The notes under the pieces: model-generated
Told to the model about the DNA's origin: nothing
What the model saw: only the letters and a program-made list of their open reading frames with translations
Database searches by the model: none
Translations under genes and position numbers: made by a program
Part shown: piece by piece, positions 17,098 through 23,328 of the stretch
How positions within the stretch are numbered: position 1 is the stretch's first letter
Layout of the letters: every line of letters begins with the position of its first letter
Source: a virus
Strand: one strand, 5' to 3'
IMG/VR virus record: IMGVR_UViG_3300006056_000014
Span: 1-37,314 of that record
DNA: 37,314 nt

Positions 17098-17471
17098 GCT
17101 GCCTCCGCAATTGCCATCGGCTCTTGGTACATATTGATGGGAACAGTGAAGTCGAGAAGATGGATGGAAGAGGTGACCGAGTTGCCGATGTCGCCGGGAT
17201 CTTCGGTACGTATGGACAGACCGAGCGCATGAATGGCAACCCGTGCCCGAGCGTGGTTTGAAAGGATGAGGACGCGCACATTGACTTCGCCGCTTTGGTG
17301 GCTAGTTACGCAAGCAGCGGCACTGGTGTAGTACTCATCGGCGACCTTGTTGTTGATTTCCTCGGCCAAAGCTTCGGCTTCTGCGATCAGGCCAGCGGCG
17401 GCAATAAGTCCGACCCGGCGATCTGCAAATTCCTTGTCAAGTCTCGCCAGTTCTTGTTCCAGCATCCCCAT
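17094..17471 (-). CDS. Hypothetical protein
   Basis: 125 aa with a strong GAGGAGG RBS. Confidence 0.6.
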   Translation of the reverse strand: MGMLEQELARLDKEFADRRVGLIAAAGLIAEAEALAEEINNKVADEYYTSAAACVTSHQSGEVNVRVLILSNHARARVAIHALGLSIRTEDPGDIGNSVTSSIHLLDFTVPINMYQEPMAIAEAA

Positions 17472-17481
17472 GATTGCCTCC

Positions 17482-17655
17482 TCAGATCAGTGCCGGCTGA
17501 ACGGGCGCCGACTTTCCCTTGTTGCCAGCCTTCGCGCCGCAGGTGATGGCGATGCGAATGGCCGGGATGCTCATTGCCTTCTCGAAGCTCATGCCCGTGA
17601 ACGACAGGCCGGTGCGACGGTAGAAGGCGCGCTGCTGTTGTTCGGTGTGGGTCAT
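17482..17655 (-). CDS. Small hypothetical protein (57 aa, below the ORF-track cutoff)
   Basis: GAGG RBS then ATG 17655: MTHTEQQQRAFYRRTGLSFTGMSFEKAMSIPAIRIAITCGAKAGNKGKSAPVQPALI, stop at 17482-17484. Confidence 0.45.
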   Translation of the reverse strand: MTHTEQQQRAFYRRTGLSFTGMSFEKAMSIPAIRIAITCGAKAGNKGKSAPVQPALI

Positions 17656-17679
17656 GTCAGCCTCTAAATTGATGAATGA

Positions 17680-18024
17680 CTAAATGACCAATCTGCGGAC
17701 GGCACGAGCACGGAGCTCGTTGAGCTTGCGGTCGTCGTACTGGTCGCCGTAGCGGAAGTTCTGATACCAAGCCCAGCCGGACTCGGATTGGTTCGACCAG
17801 TAGGCGCTCGGCTTGAATTCATCCTTGGCGGTGGCAAACATCAGCGCCAGTTCGACGCGGGTGGGCAGATCGCCGCCTTGTTCCTTGGCCCAGGCCATTG
17901 CGTCGTTCCAGTTGGCCTCGATGTCGCCAGGCAGAAGGATGATGTGGGTGGTAGTGCCGTCGGCAGAGACGATGCCGCCGATATAGCGTTCGCCTTCGTT
18001 GAGTTCTGGGGTGGTGGTGATCAT
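17680..18024 (-). CDS. DGR variable protein 3 (single DUF1566-like domain)
   Basis: GGAG RBS before ATG 18024: MITTTPELNEGERYIGG...SESGWAWYQNFRYGDQYDDRKLNELRARAVRRLVI (114 aa). It is a paralogue of proteins 1 and 2. Confidence 0.9.
   Translation of the reverse strand: MITTTPELNEGERYIGGIVSADGTTTHIILLPGDIEANWNDAMAWAKEQGGDLPTRVELALMFATAKDEFKPSAYWSNQSESGWAWYQNFRYGDQYDDRKLNELRARAVRRLVI
17689..17786 (-). repeat. DGR variable repeat VR3 (remote, 1.9 kb from VR2)
   Basis: Ungapped 98-nt match to the TR, with 10 differences, all at TR adenines. Confidence 0.95.
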
Positions 18025-18044
18025 GGTTGGCTCCGTTAAATATC

Positions 18045-18091
18045 TGTAACTATGGTTACACATAGAAAAGCAAAAAGCAACCATGGTTACT
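18045..18091. promoter_or_regulatory. OL-like pair of repressor operator palindromes upstream of the leftward DGR operon
   Basis: TGTAAC-TATG-GTTACA (18045-18060, perfect) and AGCAAC-CATG-GTTACT (18076-18091). The motif is the same as in the cI/cro intergenic region. Confidence 0.6.
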
Positions 18092-18143
18092 GTTGGAGCG
18101 AAAAAAAACCGCCGGGTGGCGGTCGTTCTCGGGTTGATATTGG

Positions 18144-18623
18144 CTATCTAATTGCCCACTTGAGGTCGTACATCTCTTTTGTGCAATGCTTGTTCCAGTC
18201 AGAGGGCTTTTGGCTACTTCTGTTTTTGAGAACGACAAGAAATTCTCGGTTAATTCCACCAAACCCATTTTTGGCCCGGTATTCAACACAGGCAACCGTT
18301 GAGTCATCATTGATGTGCATGGTTTCAATGATCAGAGAATCTGGGTCTCGAAGTGTCTTTTTGAGGTTTTCAGCAACTGCCCTGGCCAATCCAAACCTGA
18401 GAGTTTCGCTGGCATCCTTTGCTTTTTCGGCGGCTGTTTTTTCTGCAGGCCGCTGGGTAGTTTGGTTCCCGACGATAGATATTGCGATGACTAGCAGCAT
18501 GAATCCAACGAGAACAATTTTTGTTGCGCTGGGTGGGCGCTTGACTTTGGCGCCGCACTTTGGGCAGGTTGTTGCTTCGCTGCTTACCTGATTTGTGCAT
18601 TCATGGCATGTTATGAGGCTCAT
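18144..18623 (-). CDS. Zinc-ribbon, single-pass membrane protein downstream of cI (possible exclusion/immunity function)
   Basis: MSLITCHECTNQVSSEATTCPKCGAKV, then TM IVLVGFMLLVIAISIV, then a ~95-aa extracytoplasmic domain. Confidence 0.6.
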   Translation of the reverse strand: MSLITCHECTNQVSSEATTCPKCGAKVKRPPSATKIVLVGFMLLVIAISIVGNQTTQRPAEKTAAEKAKDASETLRFGLARAVAENLKKTLRDPDSLIIETMHINDDSTVACVEYRAKNGFGGINREFLVVLKNRSSQKPSDWNKHCTKEMYDLKWAIR

Positions 18624-18684
18624 AAATAATGTCCTTATCGTATGCCGGTATTCTAACCCCAGACCAAGCGCAGTCGAGAGGGGG

Positions 18685-19146
18685 TTAGTCTTTTTGCTCG
18701 CTGCGCTTCTCGAAAGCTGCAAGTGCTCTGTCAGCCAACCAGATCATCTGTTCCCGATCCTTTGAATCTGCAACATGGTAGGCCTCGATAAGTTTTCTGA
18801 TATTGGGCTCCGGTTCGCGTGCTGACAATTCAGTCACTACTGGTGTGGCTGAATACGCCACCCTTGGTTCGCCATTGAATGGTGTGTTGTCGATATTTGG
18901 CTGGGTGTTTGCTTGGTGGCATTCGTCAGCGACAACGATCATCCCGCGTAATAGCAGGCCGACATCGACGTTGTACTTGTCGCAGAAGGCCAGAAGGTTT
19001 CCAAGCTTCATGTTTGCCGTATCGCCGGTTTCCCATTTCAGGTAACCCTGTCGAGAAACACCAACCTTGCCGGCGGCCTTTGCGGGGCTATCTCCAGCAT
19101 CGGTTCGAATTTTTTCGATCAGCGAGGCAAGGCTGCTTTTTTCCAC
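18685..19146 (-). CDS. cI: CI-like repressor (XRE-family HTH), probable GTG start
   Basis: HTH segment SPAKAAGKVGVSRQGYLKWETGDTANMKLGNLLAFCDKYNVDVGLLLRG. ORF codons upstream of GTG 19146 merely translate the operator repeats. Confidence 0.75.
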   Translation of the reverse strand: MEKSSLASLIEKIRTDAGDSPAKAAGKVGVSRQGYLKWETGDTANMKLGNLLAFCDKYNVDVGLLLRGMIVVADECHQANTQPNIDNTPFNGEPRVAYSATPVVTELSAREPEPNIRKLIEAYHVADSKDREQMIWLADRALAAFEKRSEQKD

Positions 19147-19209
19147 GTAAGTATGGTTACATACTGGCACGTAACTATGGTTTGCATGTACCGTGCAACT
19201 ATGGTTACA
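19146..19209. promoter_or_regulatory. OR-like tripartite operator (three 16-bp sites spaced exactly 24 bp apart)
   Basis: CGTAAG-TATG-GTTACA (19146-19161), CGTAAC-TATG-GTTTGC (19170-19185) and TGCAAC-TATG-GTTACA (19194-19209), located between the divergent cI and cro genes. Confidence 0.7.
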
Positions 19210-19211
19210 AT
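19182..19211 (+). promoter_or_regulatory. Candidate PR promoter (TTGCAT-18 nt-TACAAT), which would give a near-leaderless cro mRNA
   Basis: The hexamers overlap operators 2 and 3. The cro ATG at 19219 is 8 nt past the -10 element and has no SD sequence. Confidence 0.4.
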
Positions 19212-19218
19212 GTCCGTT

Positions 19219-19416
19219 ATGGATCATTCTGACTCTCCAATCATCGATCGTTTGGGCGGTAATTCCGCCTTGGCAAAGATGTTCTCTATTTCTTCTCAGG
19301 CCGTTTCAAAGTGGCGAAAAGAGGGGATTCCTGAGGCTCGCCGTATGTATCTGAAGTTGGCGCATCCGAGTGCGTTCGATGAGCTTGAGTCCAGCCAGCG
19401 CAAAGAGGCCGCCTGA
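19219..19416 (+). CDS. cro: Cro/YdaS-like HTH regulator
   Basis: MDHSDSPIIDRLGGNSALAKMFSISSQAVSKWRKEGIPEARRMYL... (65 aa), divergent from cI. Confidence 0.7.
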   Translation: MDHSDSPIIDRLGGNSALAKMFSISSQAVSKWRKEGIPEARRMYLKLAHPSAFDELESSQRKEAA

Positions 19417-19568
19417 GATGATTACCGTCAATTTCCACATTCCGGATTCTTTGCGCGATCGCGTGTCGTTCCAAGATCGTGTCGAAGACGGGAAGCGGCT
19501 TGTCGACGTGACCATCGAAGGCCCCGAAATGATCCTGCCGCTCCGCCGCAAGCCCTGCGGAAAGCTGG

Positions 19569-19847
19569 CTATTGGGACTGAAGGTTCTTGCAAATTTTGC
19601 GAAAGAAGTTTTCTGCTCGGTGCAGCGCGACTTCTTGAAGCTGCTGCGCATCGACTCCGTCGTCGATTTCTGATCCGGGCGGAACGGTCAGCTTGTAGCG
19701 CAGCTGGTCGGAGAACTGCTGAATGAACAGTTCGCCCTTGTCTGGATATCCGGCCAGCATGGCGCTGACGACCTGCGTCAGCAGCATTTCGTGCAGTGTG
19801 AGCTGGGCAAAGATATCCGTGTTGATGTGCTTCTGTTCCATGGCCAT
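19569..19847 (-). CDS. Hypothetical protein, antisense to the rightward early transcript
   Basis: 92 aa with an AGGAAAGG RBS and high-GC3 codon usage like the rest of the genome. Confidence 0.55.
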   Translation of the reverse strand: MAMEQKHINTDIFAQLTLHEMLLTQVVSAMLAGYPDKGELFIQQFSDQLRYKLTVPPGSEIDDGVDAQQLQEVALHRAENFFRKICKNLQSQ

Positions 19848-19943
19848 GCCTTTCCTGATGATGAATGAGTGGAATCGTGATTCTAGCGGTTATGGCATGG
19901 CCGCCAAGTTGTCTCTCCTTGCGGCATTGCATCGCCGCTTGTT

Positions 19944-19980
19944 GGCCGGCTTTGCCTTCGGGCGGCCGGCCTTCTTTTTT
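19944..19980 (+). terminator. Intrinsic terminator between cro and cII (tR1-like)
   Basis: The GGCCGGC...GCCGGCC stem has an inner GCC/GGC helix and a TTCG tetraloop, followed by TTCTTTTTT. Confidence 0.65.
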
Positions 19981-20069
19981 CATTTGGTTGCTTGCCATGA
20001 CTGACTCCGTGTTTTCGATGAGCCCAGTATGGCTTTTTGTTTCATCCGTGTTTGCTGAGGGGGTTTGCC

Positions 20070-20555
20070 ATGTCTCAGCGTGATCCGATTGACGCCCTGC
20101 ATGCTGCTTTGCTGGGGATGGATGGTGGTATTTCCGGCGCCGCCAAGGCTATTGGCCGGTCGCCAGGCATCCTGCACAACAAGTTCAGCGACGCGATGCC
20201 GCACTACGAGGTGACGGCCCGCGAGGCGCTTGCCCTGGCGGACTATGCCAAGACGACGGCGTATGTCGAGGCGGTCTGTGAGCACTTCGGCGGGACTTTC
20301 CTGCCGCTGCCGTCTGGCAAGGCGGGTGACGATGATGTGCTGCAGGCGTACCTGGACATCATTCAGCAGATGGGCGAGTTGTCGAAGGAGTTTACTGAGG
20401 CGCGGGCCGATGGTGTCATCGAGCCGGCCGAGTTTAAGGCGCTGGCCCTGCGCGGCCATCGGACGGTGGCGGCAGTGGTGCACATGCTCAACGAGCTGAA
20501 TTCAATGGTGCGCGATCTTCCTGCGCCAGTTGTTGGCCTGAGGAAGGCTGGCTGA
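20070..20555 (+). CDS. cII: Phage regulatory protein CII (CP76/186-CII-like)
   Basis: GAGGGGG RBS. ...AKAIGRSPGILHNKFSDAMPHYEVTAREALALADYAKT...QQMGELSKEFTEARADGVIEPAEF resembles the 186 CII family. Confidence 0.55.
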   Translation: MSQRDPIDALHAALLGMDGGISGAAKAIGRSPGILHNKFSDAMPHYEVTAREALALADYAKTTAYVEAVCEHFGGTFLPLPSGKAGDDDVLQAYLDIIQQMGELSKEFTEARADGVIEPAEFKALALRGHRTVAAVVHMLNELNSMVRDLPAPVVGLRKAG

Positions 20556-20809
20556 TGCCTACGCCGCCGGCAAGCATGTCCGATCGCTCGGGAAAAATCC
20601 GCGCCAGGATCGAATTTCATGGCGTCGAGACGGTGGTTTTTCTTCGGCCGGATGGGGTGCTTGATTCTGCGCCGTCTTGGTCACCGCGCGGTTCTGCGTT
20701 GCTGAAGGGTTCTGATCTCGACCGGGCTGGTTATCGCATTGTTGGGGTGTATTCCCCGGGCGTGTCGACGGAACAGTTGGCGGCCGATGTACGGGCAGTG
20801 TGGTCATGA
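20555..20809 (+). CDS. Hypothetical protein
   Basis: 84 aa, start overlaps the cII stop. Confidence 0.5.
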   Translation: MPTPPASMSDRSGKIRARIEFHGVETVVFLRPDGVLDSAPSWSPRGSALLKGSDLDRAGYRIVGVYSPGVSTEQLAADVRAVWS

Positions 20810-21324
20810 GGCGGGCGCTGGCTTACGCGAAGGCTGTGGCAGACCGCCGGAGGGCCGGTGAGCGCGTTGGCTTGCTGGTGGTGTCTGTGCATGGCTGGAA
20901 TTCCGGAAAGTGGTTTGAGTCGTCTCCCGAGGTTTGCCGGGTGCTGTTGCCGGCAGACATGGCGGTTGAGGCGGCTGATTGGTCGGTTTGCCTGGCGCTC
21001 GACGTGCTGGTTTGCGGTGATGCAGACGATGCCGTTTTTTGTTCCGTGGTGCGCGCGGTGTTGGCGGCCGGGGCAGTGTCGTGCTGGGGTGAATTTTCCG
21101 ATGGCGTGCATCGGTTGGCGACCGTCGGCGCCGGGAAGGTTGTGGCTGTGGATGGGCCTGTCCAGTTGAATAAGTTGGGGGCAGCTTTGCGGTTGTTCCG
21201 GACTGCGGCGCTGGCTTTGCGTATCGGCGGCTATGGTTCGCGGGCGTTTGATGCGGTTCGCGCGGCGATGTTCGGGCCGCTGCTGGCTGAGTTGAGTGAT
21301 TCTTTGTGCGAGGCTGGGCAATGA
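20806..21324 (+). CDS. Hypothetical protein
   Basis: ATGA overlap at 20806-20809, ~172 aa, Ala/Val-rich. Confidence 0.5.
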   Translation: MRRALAYAKAVADRRRAGERVGLLVVSVHGWNSGKWFESSPEVCRVLLPADMAVEAADWSVCLALDVLVCGDADDAVFCSVVRAVLAAGAVSCWGEFSDGVHRLATVGAGKVVAVDGPVQLNKLGAALRLFRTAALALRIGGYGSRAFDAVRAAMFGPLLAELSDSLCEAGQ

Positions 21325-22484
21325 TGGCAGAGCCGATTGATCCGGTGGCTGAGGCGATCCGCAAGGCGCAGAGCGAGGCGTTTGGTTCCGTTCCAGCGGG
21401 CGGCGGGAAGGTGACGCCGATCCGTTCCAGCCTGGCGGCGGTGCCGTCGGGTCCGATTTGCCAGCCGGTTGATATCTTTTTGCAGGCTGGCGATCCGCCG
21501 GTGTGGCTGGTCGGCGGGATTATCCAATCGAATTATTTGTATGCCCTGACGGCGCCGACCAATCATGGAAAGACGGCGGTTTCGCTGGTGATGGCGATCT
21601 GTGTGGCGGCTGGCATTCCGTTTGCTGGCCGGCCTGTGCTACGCGGCAAGGTGTTGATCCTGTGTGGCGAGAATATCGATGGGTTCCGGTTGCGGATGCT
21701 AGCGACCATGGAGTCGTTGGGGGTTTCGCTGGCGGACATTGAGGGCTGGATTTTTGTGGTCCCTCAGTCGAACGGCCTGGCTTATCTGCTTGAGCAGATC
21801 AAGAAGGATGCCGAGGCGATGGGTGAGCTGGCGTTCGTGCTGGTTGATACCAGCGTCAGCTTCTTTACGGGCGATAACGAGAACGACAACCAGCAGGCTT
21901 ATAGCCATGCGCGCGATCTGCGCGAATTGACGATGTTGCCCGGCAAACCGGCCTGCGTGGTGAATTGCCACCCGGCGAGCGGTGCCAGCAAGGATTTGAC
22001 CCGGGATAGCTGCGTGCCGCGCGGCGGCTCGGCTTTCCTGAATGAAATCGACACGAATCTCTCGGTGTGGGCCGAAGGCGAGTGCGCCGAGTTCCATTGG
22101 ATGCGCAAGAAGCGCGGCCCGGACTTCGCGCCGATCCTCTTCGAGTATCGGGCGATCAATATCCAGCAGTTCGATCAGCTTGTTCCCACGGTGGTTGCAG
22201 AGCATATCGACGAGGAGCGCGAGAAGGATATCCGGACGCACAAGCGGGAAGCCGAGGCGCGTCTGATGTTCGCGATGTATCGCAGCCCGAATGGAACGAT
22301 GCGTGAGTGGGCCATGGATGCAGGTTTCACGATCAAGACGGGCCGCCATGCCGGCCAGCCGCACATGAGCATGGTGTCGCGGACCCTGGAGCGTTTGAAG
22401 GATTACAAGCTGGCTGAGCGCTCACGGCGCGAGGGCTGGATTCTGACGAAGCTGGGCAAGGAGGAAGCCAAGGACATTCGATAA
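21321..22484 (+). CDS. RecA-fold replication ATPase (AAA_25/RepA-like)
   Basis: Walker A TAPTNHGKTAV, Walker B FVLVDTSVSFF, and a C-terminal wHTH-like tail. It is followed directly by iterons. Confidence 0.7.
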   Translation: MMAEPIDPVAEAIRKAQSEAFGSVPAGGGKVTPIRSSLAAVPSGPICQPVDIFLQAGDPPVWLVGGIIQSNYLYALTAPTNHGKTAVSLVMAICVAAGIPFAGRPVLRGKVLILCGENIDGFRLRMLATMESLGVSLADIEGWIFVVPQSNGLAYLLEQIKKDAEAMGELAFVLVDTSVSFFTGDNENDNQQAYSHARDLRELTMLPGKPACVVNCHPASGASKDLTRDSCVPRGGSAFLNEIDTNLSVWAEGECAEFHWMRKKRGPDFAPILFEYRAINIQQFDQLVPTVVAEHIDEEREKDIRTHKREAEARLMFAMYRSPNGTMREWAMDAGFTIKTGRHAGQPHMSMVSRTLERLKDYKLAERSRREGWILTKLGKEEAKDIR

Positions 22485-22650
22485 ACCCTCTGCTGCCGCA
22501 TGAGGTAGGGCTGGCGGATGCCAGCCTGGAAAAATAACCGAGTCAGTAAACCGGACCATGGCGAGCCCGTGACACCTGATAGGACCAGCGAGTTAATCCC
22601 CACGAAAAGCAAAAGCAACAGGGGCGGCGCTAGACAGTAGAGATACGCGG

Positions 22651-22745
22651 CGGAACAAAGCGGAACAGAGTTGAATGTAAGTTGTTGTTTAACAAGTAAT
22701 AAACACGGAACAGGAAAGCGGAACAAAGTGGAACAAAGCGGAACG
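22651..22745. repeat. Iteron cluster/putative replication origin
   Basis: Six copies of (C/T)GGAAC(A/G) at 22651, 22661, 22706, 22719, 22729 and 22739. The tandem copies at 22651/22661 and 22719/22729/22739 are spaced exactly 10 bp apart. The two groups flank a 35-bp AT-rich spacer (22671-22705). Confidence 0.7.
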
Positions 22746-22774
22746 CGCAGGGCGTCTTGTCGCATCGAAAAAAC

Positions 22775-22795
22775 ACGGGGAATCCCGTTTTTTTT
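22775..22795. terminator. Bidirectional-looking intrinsic terminator after the replication module
   Basis: AAAAAAC-ACGGG-GAAT-CCCGT-TTTTTTT. Confidence 0.55.
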
Positions 22796-22912
22796 GTTGC
22801 TCTCGACGTCGGTTCGGCAACGGGGGAATTCCCATACCCTACACCCCCTAAGGGGGGTTAGGGGTATGGGAAAGACATTCCCCCATGCCGACTTTGCCGG
22901 GGCGGCGAAGGC

Positions 22913-23131
22913 ATGACAACTGATCGCCGTGCCGACATGGCGGCGTGGACAAAGGCAAACCTGCCGACCTGCGTGTCGGTTGCCTCGTCATTCCGCGCTG
23001 CCTTTGGCGATGTGCGAATGGTTTTTGCCAGCGAGGGCGGCCATTCCGTTGGGGCCAAGGGCGAGGATGGCGTAAAGCTGTCCGAGACCCATGTTGGCCC
23101 GTTGTTCCCTGCTGAGACGGGGAGGCGCTGA
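22913..23131 (+). CDS. Hypothetical protein
   Basis: 72 aa ORF, coupled to the next gene (ATG 23131 overlaps its TGA). Confidence 0.45.
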   Translation: MTTDRRADMAAWTKANLPTCVSVASSFRAAFGDVRMVFASEGGHSVGAKGEDGVKLSETHVGPLFPAETGRR

Positions 23132-23328
23132 TGGCTTCCGTGCCGTTCTCCTGGATGTGGAAAGACCCGGCGCTGATCACCGATCAGCTGATCGGGATGC
23201 GTGATCGGATGGCCAAGGCTGAGGCCGAGATCAAGGAAAAGGACCGGCGCCGCAAGGCTCGCCGTATTCGGAAGCTGACCAAGCTGGCGAAGGCCGGCAT
23301 GCTGAAAGGAACAGGCAATGGGCGATAA
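23131..23328 (+). CDS. Hypothetical basic coiled-coil protein
   Basis: 65 aa, KAEAEIKEKDRRRKARRIRKLTKLAKAG. Confidence 0.45.
   Translation: MASVPFSWMWKDPALITDQLIGMRDRMAKAEAEIKEKDRRRKARRIRKLTKLAKAGMLKGTGNGR

Larger units (their letters stand above)
13393..18024 (-). mobile_element. Diversity-generating retroelement cassette (RT, TR, avd, three VR-bearing targets, five interspersed small ORFs)
   Basis: This is the sum of the component features listed separately (RT, TR, avd, VR1-3, target ORFs). All are on the minus strand with gaps of 24 nt or less, or overlaps. Confidence 0.92.

Noticed and set aside
14528-17786. Four 98-nt repeats considered as a CRISPR array or tandem repeat
   Set aside because: The spacing is irregular (about 550, 400 and 1920 nt between copies). 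The copies lie inside ORF 3' ends and differ only at adenines of one master copy. This is the DGR TR/VR signature, not CRISPR.
19848-19940. Search for a LexA box (CTGT-N8-ACAG) upstream of the antisense 92-aa gene, as for an SOS-controlled antirepressor
   Set aside because: No such motif is present in this interval.
19306-19998. 230-aa minus-strand ORF that spans the cro-cII interval
   Set aside because: Its composition is basic and low-complexity. It runs through the cro gene antisense and through the terminator hairpin. The shorter 92-aa frame (19569-19847) has the RBS and the codon bias.
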